Shown here: positions 9,531 to 22,893 of the stretch, piece by piece
Layout of the letters: every line of letters begins with the position of its first letter
How positions within the stretch are numbered: position 1 is the stretch's first letter
Source: Bilabrum cf. latius
Lineage: Eukaryota
Direction of reading: 5' to 3'
Assembly: GCA_965178125.1 (NCBI GenBank)
Contig: OZ237754.1
Location: 930,001 to 994,000, forward strand
Length of the DNA stretch: 64,000 nt
Program-made: the position numbers and the translations under genes
Notes under the pieces: generated by a model
Seen by the model: only the letters and a program-made list of their open reading frames with translations
Told to the model about the DNA's origin: nothing
Database searches by the model: none

Positions 9531-11093
9531 GCTCGAGGTTCCGACTCGGAGCGAGCACCAGTTGCTGCCCCCAGGGTGGGGCCAGGATCATCATGCGCAA
9601 TCACTTGTCACGCGGCGTCCGGCAGCTTCCGCGCAAACCGGTGCGCTTACCTGCTTCTTCAGTTGCCGCCCGCCCTCCTGAATCCATTAGTAATACGACT
9701 ATTATAACTTTCGACACCCGAGAGGACTGTTCTGGCCGAGGCAGTCTTGATTCGGACCGATCAGTCACCTCACGAGTTGCGACCACCAGTCGCAATTGCA
9801 CCTAACACCAACACAAAGCACGCATTCACCACTACTCCACAATGTACAGTTGAGAGCCGACATACGCACGATTCGCTTGCGCTTATCCGTGATTTAAGGT
9901 GATGTATGGCCTATGACCGGCCCAGAATGCCACAGCCTGAGGTTTGTTCGGCCGGTTTTCTGCTTTGGGTGTTAGTAGCACCGGCACCTACTTATTGCAT
10001 CGGCAGCACAACCATGCATCGCTATGCTATAAGCGCGGCACCATTATGCAACACGTTGGCCAGTCCCTGATCAGACCTGGACCTCTACCACGCGCCCATC
10101 GACACATTGGCCAAACTTGGTCAGTCTCTGGCCTGGCGTATTGCCCAAACACTCATGGGTGCCCCCAACTCGTATCTTAAAAGCCATTGACCAAATTTTC
10201 TAGTAGACGCGAGCGTAGACCTCGTGTTGTGTCCTGCAGGGCAGCTCCGAAGCTCGAGCTGCGAAGAGGACAGTGCCGCGCGTACATGAAGCATTGCTAT
10301 GAGGACCATTTCGCTGCCCTAGTACCAGACCTGCCCCCACCCCCCTTTTCTCACCCCATATATATCCGACCCATTGATCCTCGTACTGCCGAGCTCTTTC
10401 TTGTGTGGTGCCGTCCTGCCACGTCTACCAGTGTGCCAGATAGGACACCCGTCGCCTGCCAGCATCCACTTTTGCACTTCAACTTTCTGCCCTTCACACT
10501 GCCTGGCACCTGGCTTGTTCCTGCAACCATCAATACCCAGGCTCAAGCCCCCGCTGAGCAGTATCTCCGCATTCCTTTCCCACTGGCAGCCTAACGCCGT
10601 GGGCCAACGGCCACTTCCCTTTCACGCCCTCAAGGCCCTGAGTCGAGGGCACAGGCCCCGCCCAGTGTCCAGCGAGCCAATTCGGTCACTGAGACATCGT
10701 GCCCATCCTAGCAACCCGCTAGATAAAGCGCACAGCGCGGCGCCGAACACTCCCACCTCCTCCCCCCCCAACTGGCAGCGCTCCCTTCTCCTTCAAGCCT
10801 CAGCCTAGAGTCCCGTGGTCTCAGCAGTGGCGGCGGTGTGGTCAGAGATGGGATGCGTGAATGGCATCTCATAGAATCCCATGGATTTTATCATCGGTCT
10901 TGGTGTGGTCGCACTGGCATTTGAAAGGCAGACAATCTCAACGGACATCTGTTGCGCGGCGACGGCCGTGCCGGGCGATGCTGCGTAGTTCCGCAAAACC
11001 GCTGGAGCTTGCGGGTGCTCATTTGGGCATTCAACCAATAGGCCACTGCCCTTGCGTTGCATATAGCTGCACATAAAGGTGTACAAAGAAGGA

Positions 11094-14000
11094 ATGGCTT
11101 CTCGGTTCAATGCTGGCGGCCGAGCTCGTAGTCTACCGGAATCACCCAAGGTGGGCCCAGAGTCCGGCCCGCACGCAGCCCAAGCCAAACAAATTCTATT
11201 GAGCCTGGAACAATCCAAAAAGCAAGTCGAAAGGGCAAGCAAGATACATGCTGTCAAGAGCAACTCAGTTCGCTTTTTCCGAGATGCGATCGAGGAGATG
11301 CTAGAAAGCAAGTTGATCACGGAAGACCGATTCGGCGAGCTCAGCAGAGCTGACGACACGAAGTTGGACCAAGTAGTATCCACAAAGGAGTTAATGAAGC
11401 TTGCAGTGCACTGGCGAATCACCAGTGGGCCCCAAGACTTCTGGAGCAAGAATCGCAAGCGCGAAGACCTGATCGAGCAGCTGCGAGACTTTGAAGCAGA
11501 GAGGCACCTGAAAGTAGAAGAAGGAGAACGCGAAGCAGAGAAACAAGTGCTGTCAAAGCTAGATGCCCAAAGGTGAGACTTTTCCCAAAGCTAACTTCTC
11601 CGGGCGGCTTTCACAACTATCGGTTGAGGAGGCCCAGGGAGCTGAGCTCCCGGCAGGAAGCGAGCACAGTCGCGCAGGGTGCCAAATATGCTGCTACAAA
11701 CCCATGCAAGAGAAGCTATGAATCTCCGAAACGGTCATACATTACCTCCTTGTCCCCGATTATCGCAGCAAAAGCAAGGCTGGGAGCCGCCCCGATTCGC
11801 CGCAGACCCGGCACGTTCACATTGCCAAGAAGCGTCGTGCTAGCCTCAGTAGACTGCAAGCAAGCGTAAGGATGAAGCGCTACAGTGGTGATAAGTTTGG
11901 ATCGCAGGGCGAGTACACCGGCGGCAGGCTGTACGCAGCCAGAGCAGACGGTCGGATTTCTCCGCCGGGCCACGCCGCGTCCACGAGCCAGATCCCATTC
12001 AAGGAGAACGCCACCGCTTCTGACGGCGACAAGAATGGCACGCAAGATTCAATAGGTATCCTGGCGCAATAGGCGGCAGATTTGCTGTTGGGCTCGAGCA
12101 CCTCGCCTCTCTCCACTGATAAGGGTGAAGATCTCATGGGCCTCGCTGCCAGTGGGCAGGTGCAATAGTAGACGGGAGGGCCTGGCGCTGCGCTGGCACC
12201 GAACCAATAGGATGGCATGGCTGCGGGTGAATAGCACGCGGGTGAGCCGCCCAGCTTCATGGCATCGTTCATTGACGGCAACGTCCCTGCAGACGACATG
12301 CAGCTCGGGCCGCGGGCCGTCGAGGGTCGCCGGGCGCTCGTCATTTCGCTTGGGCTTGCCGACGTTCTTGATCCAAACGCCGGACTGGGCGGGAGCCGCC
12401 TCCCTGGCAGGTTTGCACACCTGCGCATAGGGACAGCGGGTCACGACGGACATGATCAGGACTGGCAGGGGTAGTCTGGTCGCACTGCAAGCGCGGCAAC
12501 CGCGGAGTACGACATGCGGAGCGATTAGGCAGGTAGGAATAGGTCACTGGAACTAGAGCCGTAGTCAGACATGCGGCCCACGAGCCCAGCCCTCAGCCGG
12601 TCGCTCATGGGCGGACGACTGAGCGGCAGCAACAATGCCTGGGGGCAGCAGCCCGCGCCCGAGACGGCAGGGGATGAGAAAGCGACTGAGAGCCACGAGA
12701 GCAAACAGGAAGTGACTGAGAGCCACGAGAGCAAACAGACGGAGACGCAAAGCGAGGCAGAGGGAGACATGCCGCTGGAAGGGCCAGGAGCTGCCCGTGC
12801 AGCCGGTGATAGGGAAAAACAGCAACCAAGCCAGCAACAAGGTCGGTAGAGCCAATCAGAGGCAGAGACAGAGGCAGAGGCAGAGGCAGAGGCAGAGGGA
12901 GAGTGCCCTCCCAACTCCCCACCCACTGGCGGCGCTCGCGACACAGACTCGGGCGCTTTGCCGTCGTGGCCCGGGTTTGCCCTTGCCACGTCACCGATCG
13001 CGACTCGGGAGAATCTGTTCCGTCTTGCCGAGTCAAAGGTTTCCGCGGGTCACGCTCCCTCCGCGCGCCAGGCCCTCATGGGGCGGCGGGTCATCACCTG
13101 CGGGGAGCTGCTAGAGGCGGCCAGGTATGAAGAGGAGGAGGAGGAGGTGTGGAGGTACAGGCCGGCTGCGTGGAGGGATCTGGGGCGAAAGCTCGGCAGG
13201 GAGCAGGGGGAGGGAGCAGCGAGCAAGGACGGCAGCAGCGGTGTTGGCGTTGGCGCTAGTGCTCAGGGCGCGAGGAAGTCCACCGAGGAGGAGGAGCTGG
13301 AGCTCCTGAGACACTACTCCTAGGGAACAAATGCGGCCCCGGTGAGCACCCCGGGCGGAGACCCACCCCTCGCGAGGAACAGTGGACGATCTCTCTCGCC
13401 CTCGGGGTCTCCCCAACGAGCCCTCGTCCAGTGCAAGGTGTCCATGTATGCATGCGGCCTAGAGAGGGCCCGGCCCAAGACACTGCTGCTGGAGCCCAGT
13501 CCAGTGCCCGTGGAGCAGGCCATCCAGCGGGCCAGGAGGGACGTGCCGTGGAGGACCTACGACCACCTGGAGCTGATCAAGCGCAAGTGGAGGCGGGGCG
13601 AGGGCTCCTTGGAGGAGCGGGCGAGGGAGGAGCAGGAGCGCATCAGGGAGGAGGGCAGGAGGAGGAGGGAGAGAGCGGCGGGGGCAAGGGGGGGGCTTGC
13701 AGATGGGGAGGGGGAGGGGGAGGGGCACGGCTTTAGCGGCGGCGGCGGTGACGGACGGAGCGGGGGCGGAGAGTCTAGGGGCGGGACCGTCCTGATGCAC
13801 TCTTCACACCAGGAACAGCTCATGCCCAAGGGCATCGCTGGTGGGACGTCGTGGGACGGCGGATCTAGCCGAGGCAGCCGTGGGTCCGCCATGCGGGCCG
13901 GGGCTAGATCCATGATTTTGCCGGGAGCCAGCGGCGGGCGCGGCAGCCGTGGCAGCGACAGTCAGAGGCCGAGCACGCGTGGCCTGCAGGGAGACGCGCC

Positions 14001-14604
14001 AGAGGGGGGGCATCGCGGGGGGTTTTGGGGTGGTCACTCAGGCGCTGGCCAGGGTAGGAGCTCTCGGGGCGGCAGGATGGCCAGCTACCCTGGCGGGTCA
14101 CCACCTCCAGTTCCGCCCGCCCTGCGGACCAGGCCAGGAACTAGGGGCAGAGCACCAGGCATCGAAGGCGGCGCATTGCAGCGCGGTTAGTTTGAAGGCA
14201 TGGCGAGCCACATGCGCGGTCACTGGAGCGCGGGGGCAGGGGCAGGGGCAGGGTTGGCAGACTCCGTCGGCGAGCGCGAATACAGTGATGCGTCGGGCCG
14301 GGGTCGGGGCACGAGACAGGGCAGGGGTGAAGCTCTCCTGGACGATCTTGACGCGTCCAGCTCCATTGCACTGGCAGAAGAGGCCGTGGAGTTCGGTAGG
14401 GCGGGTCATGGGGGAAATCGGGGGAGATACGGCGGTCGCAAGTCTGGATCCAGGCATAGGGGGAAGTCTCGTGGCCGCGTGCGAGGCCGGCTGAGCACTG
14501 CGGATCGAGCGGCCAGGCTACGCAGGGAGAGGCAAGAGGAGGGCTTGATCAGGGCCTACATGGGATCTGGGAGCCTAGTGCACGCCACGCACTCCGTGCG
14601 GTGA
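11094..14604 (+). CDS. Large low-complexity hypothetical protein (~1,100 aa); exons 11094-11572 and 11769-14604
   Basis: Phase-compatible GTGAG...CGCAG intron. Six track ORFs lie in frame +1, separated only by TAGs (e.g. GTG CAA TAG TAG), and end at TGA. Confidence 0.7.
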
Positions 14605-14868
14605 ATGGCGGGATCGGACGGCCATCGATTGCTGCTCGACTGGCGTCGTGTCGATAGAGCTGCTCTTTGTCCGACACTGAGCGTGCAATCCCCGACTTAC
14701 TTTATTGAATGTGTTCCCAATAATCAACAAATACTCGCCCAAGAAGGACTAAATAATCTGCCTTGCTAGGTCTGGTGATCCACCATGCACCCTCGCCCTC
14801 TCGCGCAAGCAGCGGAGGCAACGACTGTCCAGCCTGAATCATTGATCCAGGGATTGGTGGATCAATCG

Positions 14869-17800
14869 TCAGACGTACAGCTCATCCCTGCAAAGAACAT
14901 ACCCCTGCAGCTCCTTTGCGACCGTACCGTTGCCCTGCTCCTGCGCAGACAGGAATCGCCCAAGCCGAGGTAGGACCCTCCGCATCGCAGCACCAGAGCG
15001 CGGCAAGCCCAACTGCTCCGCGACAGCGGCCCAAAGACCCTCCCACGGCATGGATGGAATCATCCGTCCGGCATGGATATTACTAGTCCCAGCCTCGCTC
15101 AAATCAGCGGGATACCGCCCCAGGATCCGCCCCCCGCGCACGGACCCGCCCAGCACCGCCGCGTGCCCGCCCCAGCCGTGGTCCGTCCCGTGCCCGCTCG
15201 GCCGCAGCCGCCTGCCGAACTCGGACAGCTGGACGATGGTAGTGTTAGACCACACGCCCTACAGCTTCAGTTCCTGCTGGAAGCTATCCAGCGCCGTGTT
15301 GATCTTCCCCTGCATGCCGTACTGCGTGTCGGTGTAATCACTGTGCGAGTCAAACCCCGGGACCGTCACGACGAACATGTCTCTCGTGGCGCCGCGGATG
15401 TGACGAGTGCTGATAGTCTGCGCCACCTGCCGTAGCTGGCGGGCGGCCTCGTTGTCACCGACGTGGAACCATTGCTGCAGGGACCCGGCCTGCAGATCCT
15501 TCGCAAGGGCGCCCTGCCGATCCACGGCTCCAGGCGCCCGTGCAGGCCACACCGAAGTGGCCAGGGACCCGGAGGGTACTCGGTATAGATCCATCACAGG
15601 AACGTGGGTCATGGTGTCGCGGGGGTCTAGGTTCCTGACCCCGATACGTGGCTCGAGCACGTCAGCCACTGCAGCGCCGGTCGTGCCCGTTGCGGTGTCG
15701 CCCCGGAGTGCGTATGGCGCGCCACTTGCCGAGAACAGGTGGACCCCTTTCTGGCCCTGGGCGATCAATTCACGCTACAAGCGCGCGAGAACGCCTGTAT
15801 CGGTGTGTCCCACCCTGTGGGCTGCGCGCATCTGGGGCCCGTGCTCCAGCAAGCCGTCAGGGAATGTGTCCGTGCCGTTCATCGCGTCTGCCTTGCCGAC
15901 AGGAGTGACAAGGCTGCCGATGTTTGCAATGAAGGCAGTGTCATTCTGCTCGTACAGCTGCTTGAGCAGCGGCATGGTCAGGTGCACGCCAAACCGGTTG
16001 CATGGCTGCGTCCCGTTTGGCACGTCGATCCCGAGAAGGTGGCCCGAGTGCATGCCCGCGCTGCCCCTGAGGCTCTGGTACTGCCCCAGCCGATCTACAC
16101 CTCCCTTGCACTCGTCCAAAGGCACTATCATGTTCCACGAGTCGTGGCCACCGGCCAGCACAAGCATGATGAGCGCCTGGTAGTCGTCGCCTGCATTGCC
16201 GCCTCGAGTCCTGACGGGGCTGGCGCTTGGCGGGGCTCGGCTGGCGGGCCTGTGCTTGGCGCCGACGGCATGGAAGGCGGGTGAGCTGGCCGCCATGTAC
16301 ATGACAGCGGACCTCACGTCCTGCTCGTTGCGATTAGGGTCTCGTCGGATGCTTTGCAGGGTGCTCTCGATGGCTTTCTTCGTGTCGTTGCTCATGCGGC
16401 CGCCTGTTAGCAGCACATCAGCTCGGTCTACCAGCTACCCCACGGTGGAGTGCTCGTCACCCAGTGCACTGCTCAGGTTCAGGTAGCCGGCACGAAGGTC
16501 CGCTGGTGGCACCGATCCGCTCGCAAGTGCGTCGCAGTCCGCTGGCCCTCTGCCGCTGCCAAGCCCACCATCGCAAGGCAGCAGGCCGCTGGTCGTCAGC
16601 CCGAGCACCGCGTTCTGGTACCCCACCATTGTGGCGTCGGTCAGGCGCTCTGCTCCCGGCAATACGACGTCGGGTGGATCCATCAACACGGTCCAGTCGG
16701 CAGATCGGCTGACGTCCTGCACTGGGCGCACGAGGTCTTGGATGTCCGGCTGCTCGTACACACCCTGTCCCAGCTGCGGGCTCACGGGACCCAGCTCCAC
16801 CATGGCACCGTTCTCCGTGGTAAGCTGACCTGCCCGCATGATTTGCATCGTCTTCACCAGCGGGTCCTTGAGTCTTCCGTGCATGGGGTCCATTTCCAGC
16901 TCGGGGCTCAGCGCCTCGGGGTCCAGCAGCACGGCCGCGATGGTGGCACCGAGGTCAGCCCTCTCCCCCGTGCCCCTGCCCCTGTAGCTCCCATCGGCCG
17001 CGGCCTGCGCAACTCGCTGCACGTACGCTGCGGATGGGTTCGCGGTGACGAGAGATCGGATGAAGAACAGAGCCAGATGCTGGGGCGTGTTAGCGTGCCT
17101 GACCAGCGTGTCGGCAGTGGCTCCAAGCTCGCCGTGAATGTCAGCTGCTGTGGGCGAGTGCAGGCTCACCACCTGTGGTGGGTTGCGAAAGGAGTGCAAC
17201 GGGGTGCCTGCATCGTCTACAATTGACACGCTGGCCCGCTGGTTGAACAAAAACCGCGTGCGCCCACCCAGCCTGGCGCGAAAGATGGTCTGCGCATCGA
17301 GAGCCAGTCCACTCCCCCCCCCGCTGCCGCCCAAACCGGGGCTGCTACTATCACGGTGAATCCACACCGTGGCGCCTGTCCGGTTCTAAAGGGCATCGCA
17401 TTCTGGCGCAGCACACTGCATATACACCCCCGGGCCGTACACCGCGGGGTCGCGCGCGCCGACTTTGAGGGCATGCTCCATCTCACTCAGAGTGACCGGC
17501 AAGGCGGCTGTGAACACCGGCTCGGTGCCGATGCGGGCATTGCACAGCACAGAGCCGTCATCGAGCCTGGTGCACGGCTCGGCCGAAGTGCCGTAGTCCG
17601 ATGCGACAGGATAGCTGCCGTTGGTCCACTTCACCCTGAAGCCGTACAGGCTGCTCGTTGTGGAGACCCTAGCGTCTCTCTGGCTGCGGAATGGCTCGTG
17701 CATGTCGTGCACGGCCTGAACTCTGCCGTCCGGAAACACGCGCACCTGCGCGGCACACTACCGCGTGCCCCATATCCGAGTCGTGCTCACGCTCCCGCAG

Positions 17801-20800
17801 GCAAAGCGAGGGTACGTGTTCTCGCACACCTCGCTGCCCCTGCTCGCGCACTGCTGCACCGCCGTCGCCATCGACACCAGCTGTCCCTCATGCGCCACAC
17901 AGGGGACTTCCGCCTCCCACGTCCGGCTTGCCTCGCTGCAGCAGCTGGCGGCGGCAGCGGGCAGCCGCTCGTCTACGCACATGGCATCGGTGCTCCAGAG
18001 AGTGGTGGGCAATCCGCGCCCGTCCTCCACGAAGGCCAGCTCCGCGCAGGGCAGGCGCTCATACCGGAAGTAGGCCGGGGGAACACCGCTATTTCCTCTG
18101 TTTACCTGCACCACTCGCACGGTGTCGACGGAGCAGTCTGCCCCGCGGCACGGCAGCGTTTTATTCAGCCTCACTGTTGCACGCATAGTCCCTATGCAGC
18201 TCGCATACGGCCCTGGCATCCCGCACAGCGCAGCGTGGAGAGGAGACCCCGTGTCGTCCAGCACCAACGGCTCCACGCCGCTCCGGTGCCTGTCCAGCTC
18301 TGCCTCCTAGCGCGATATGTAGTGGTAGGCGGCACCTGCCTCCAGAAAGGCCTGGGTGCCTAGGTGCTCGCAACGAGGCAGATAGTCCCCCACGTGACCG
18401 GCGCCGCCTGGACTCATCTTTGGCCTGGCGTCGTGCGCGTCTGCAACACCCTGGGGCACGTGCAGCGGGTCAATAGCGTTCACGGTGGCGCTTGCCCTCG
18501 ACGCCTCGATGTTGCCTCTCATGGGGCTCGTTGCCAGGCCCGTCCACGCCCCGCTCAGGTCCTCTACGTCTGCCTGCGTCCACGCGGGGGTGGGCAGGCT
18601 CGCATCGTCCAGTACCAGCGTGCCGTTCATGTGCAACAGGTGCCGCCCCGCGGTGAAGCGCTGCAGGGCTGCACGCGCCATGGTCTCGTCTGGGTACAGC
18701 TCTCGCTTGGGGAAGATCTCAGTGTGGTAATGGATCGATCTGTCGTTGGTGTACCCCATGGCTTCGCCGACCATGGGCGAGTGGAACACCTCGTGCAGCA
18801 GCTCTCGCAGTGGGCCGAGCCCCCTTCGCACCAGTATATCCCAGTAGGCAGCGAACGCCTCGGCCTCGCCAGACCGCCCAGTGTTCTCCACTGTGACTCC
18901 GACGAGCTGTGCGAGGGCCATGGCAACCCGCTGTCGCAGCTGGTCGGGCGCATGGAGCACCGCGTTGGCCCACACGTTATCCCTCGTTGCATCTCCCTGC
19001 ATGCCCTCCGAGTGCACGTCGAGGCTCAGACGCTCCACATCGCTGTTTCCATCCACTGAGAAGGTGTACCGATGCCCTGCCTCCGGGTCGTTGGACTCCT
19101 CCCCCGGTGACCCGCACGCCCTCACGACCTCGTGGCAGTCTATTTCGTCCATACCATCGTTATGGTTGCCCACGATATCCGGGTGCTGCAGTTCGAGGGG
19201 CAGTTCATCCACCCGCAGTGTCTGGCCCATACGGCCGATGCTAGACAAGGCGTCTCGCTTCTGGTTCCAGTACCCGATGGGATGTCCTGCCGTTGGGTAC
19301 GTGATGCTAGTCTGCTCCCTGCGGACAGCAGCGGCCAGCGGCGGTTCCTTGTGCGACGACCACACCTACCAGGCGTGCTCCGACCCAAAGGCCGTGAAGT
19401 CAAATACCTGACCCTCGTCAGGATGCACGTGATCGAAGCAGTGCACCTTCGGGGAGGCGGTGACAGTGCTGTTTGCACTCGAAGTCGAGTTCGTCACTGA
19501 TCCTGCCGTGGAATTGACTGGCATGATTTCGCTGTACACCACGTTGATACGCACACCCCGGTTGGCCCACACGCAGCTTACGTCCTTGGCGTCTATTACA
19601 TCAGCGCCATCATCCGCCTCTATGATTGCTGCAGAGTACAGTGCGTGCGCCTGCTCGTCGATCTGAACCGACCCTGGCTCCGAGGCATCTTCACAGGCCT
19701 ACCTCTGCACTCGCTTGAACCGGGCCACAGGCTAGTGGCAAAGCACCGGCATCTAGTACATGGGTAAATCCAGTATTTGGAACACTTGCCGCCCCGTCAG
19801 TTCCTGTATCTTCAGGATGAAGCTCTCATTTATGTGCACGGTGCGCCCAGCGCCAGCGGTCCTCCTTGTGACCCTGCTGCACGACGGAAGCAGGCGGCAC
19901 GTATCGGCATTGAAAGGCAAACGTGGCACATGGGAGCATGTTTGCGCATCTATACCAGAGCATGGGTTCTCCAAGGTGTTGCTCGCCAGCCGGAGTCTGC
20001 CCTGGTGCTGCAGCCACATGGTTCTGTTGGTGCCCAGGATGGAAGCCAGGGCGAATGCGGGCCCCGGTGCTCGGCTCTCGCACGATCCCGCAGGCTGGCC
20101 GATGGTGCTCGCTCCAACGAGCACGTAGCTGTCTTTGGCAGGAGCAGCCACCGGTTTCATCTATACCTGGGATGCGTCGATCGCTTGGCGTGCAGATTCC
20201 GCGACGCTACTAGTGCCGTTGGAAGCCTAGGACTGGGAGCAGAGGCTGCTGGTGGCATTTGCGGCGGCACTTCCTGCATTGGCGGCACTTCCATTTGACA
20301 TGAGGCAGCTGCCATGGGCTGGACCGTCGTGCTACGACCTCGCTTCCGCATCGAGCTACACCTGTTGCAGCGGCATGTGCCCGGCAGGAATGGCTTCGGT
20401 GGGGAACTGCACCGCCGGGTTTGTCCATGCAAAGATGCAACCGGAGGCAGGCGAGCGGTATGTGACGAGCCCACCCACCTCTTCCTCGACCTCGCATACG
20501 TGCCAGGGGCCACTGCCGGACCCGGGGGCGGGAGTGAAGCTCTGGCCGACAAAGGTGCGCGGGTGGCCTCCCACCAGAAGGGTCCCATTGACGACCCTGA
20601 ACTCGCTGCCCCTGTCCAGCTCGTGGATGGAAAAGCTGACCCAGCGAGAGCCTACGTCGCACGAACTGAAGGGCTTGCCGGGGGTGCTGCCCAGCCTAGC
20701 CCGCGGATTGGCGTTGCTGCGATAGTGGGCCCTGTGCAGCGTCGGGGACATGGCCACCTGCTCCCAGTACCAGCTTTCCGCTGCCCTGCTGAAACTGCCC

Positions 20801-22893
20801 GTCGCGCTCCCGATCGTCCCAGCGCTGGGCTCGGCACGAACAGCGCTTTCGGCAGACTCGATCGAGGTGTCACTGGATGCTGTGCCTGGGTCGGCTGGCA
20901 TTCCCGTGCTGCCCACGTCCTTGCCTCTGCCTGCCATGGCCTGGATCTCACGCCATGTGCCCCCATACGCAGCCTGTTCGAGTAGCCTGGCCGCCCTTGC
21001 CTCTGGACCGAGATCCCTAGGTAAAATGCTGTGCACGAGTCGGTACTGGGGGCGGCACGGGCGGGTGCGAGTCACGCTTACGTTCTGCAGGCACATCGTG
21101 CCGTTGTTTGACGCAAGAGCTTCATCAGTGCCGTTGGTAGCCACGCTGCCGTTCCTGGGCACGGCGCTGTCACTGGTACCGTTGTTTGCGCCAGAGTCCG
21201 TCGCATTGGCACTGGAACCATGCGCCTCTTCCGGCTCGACACTTCCATTGCATCGCACGAGCCTCTGCTCCACCGCGGTTTCCTCCGCGGCGGTCTCGGG
21301 GAACAGCGGCTCACAGTGCACTGCACTTCCAGCGAGGCCGAACTCATGCAGCGGCCTGCAATCGAACTCGATGTTGCAGGGCGTAACCCCCGGCGTCCAA
21401 CGGGTGCCGCCGTAGGACCTGCCGCAGTGCAGCTTGCTGGAGGGAGGCGCGAGCGCAGCTGGCGGGGCGCTCAGGACAGACGAGAGGTCTGCTTCCACGT
21501 GATAGCTCGTGTAGTTTCTGCCGAGCTATGCCCCCGTCTCGCCCTTGCTTGCGGGGGAACACGCGTTCTCTGATTGCGAGTCCATCACCAGGAAGCTGAT
21601 CATGCCTTGAGGTGCCAGCGCCAGAACCGGCCGGTCGAATGCCAGCTCCCCTTGGAAATCCGCTGGCACTGCCACCACGGCTGGAGACGACGTGGGCGTC
21701 ATGGACGGGGTGATGGAGGGCGTAGGGGTGGCGCTGGGGGTGGTAGAGGGCGTGGGCGTGCTGCTGGTGGATGGGGTCTGGGTCGGGCTCGTTGTCACCG
21801 ATGGTGTGCTGGAGGATGTCGAGCTCGTTGAGGGAGACGTTGAGGACGTTGGAGAGCTGGTGCCTGTCGAAGATGGTGTCGCGCTGATGGAGGGCGTGAT
21901 GGATGGTGAGGGTGTGCCGCTGGGGGTAAATGAAGGCGATGGGCTGGTGCTGGGGGTAGTCGACGGCGAGGGCGAGGACGAGGGCAGGGGGGGCGGCTCG
22001 CTCTCCCGTACCTCATCACGTGCGATCAGGTCAAGATTCAGTCCATTCGCACTCGTCACACCTTGCAGGGTCCCATTGCCGGCCTACCGCATGGCATTGA
22101 CGAGTCGCCCGATGCGCACCGTGTCCAGCAGGTTGGTCTCGACCGCGCTATGCAGGTCGACTTCGTCCCGATCGGGCAGGTATTCCCGGTCTATTTGCAG
22201 GCGAAAGTAGAAGGTTATGGTCAGTTCAGCCTCCATTCCCAGTCCCAGCTCCTGTTCCTGTTCCTGTATCTGGCGCCGCCCCACAAGGTGCAACGAGCCC
22301 TCTGCTCTTCGGGGCGGCGCAAACGAATCGCCGCCTTGCTCTTGCGACATCATAATCATGTTGTACACGGTGCACGAATCCGCGGGAAGGTCCCCAGCCT
22401 GCTCGAGACCCGCGCAGAAATCAGCCGCCATGTCTGTATGGACACCCGCTGCGGTTTCGTAGGCACCGTCGAGTACGCTCGCCGGATCCCGCAGGGACAG
22501 CTAGATGCTGCCGTTGAAAGCAGTATTTGACACTCTAGTGAACTCAGTCGCGTCGCCATCGTTCCCCAAGTCAAGTGGCCAACCAATGGTGAACTGCAAC
22601 GCGACCAGAACTGCTCCTGCGACCAAGCAGGCCGCGACGCAGCAGCACAGGCAGGCCGCGATGCGCTCACATTGGCAGCAGGCAACACACGTGCAATACG
22701 GATCGTCTGCATCCTCCACATGCCTCATGTTTGCTGCGGGGGCTGGGTCCGTCGGATTGCGATGGCTTCGGTCATTGCCAGAAGTTGGCCCCCGTCTGCG
22801 AGGCATGGGATTTTCTCCCTCAAACTCAAGTCTGCCAGCAACAGCACCTTGAGTTGTCCTTGCCCTCGCGCCTGCATTACCTTGTTGGGGCAT
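14869..22893 (-). CDS. Giant membrane-anchored DUF1800 + DUF1501-type fusion protein (~2,670 aa, apparently intronless)
   Basis: Thirteen track ORFs share one frame and are separated only by TAGs (>15), ending at TGA 14869. N-terminal Cys-rich TM segment and S/T/P stalk. DUF1800-like motifs (ARLLEQAAYG, APDQLRQRVAMAL, HGRLKDP) and DUF1501-like motifs (LAGGHDSWN, GFDSH, SEFGRRL...GTDHGWGG). Confidence 0.85.

Noticed and set aside
9600-11050. Short ORFs in this interval
   Set aside because: No consistent frame, domain or splice pattern found, even with TAG as sense.
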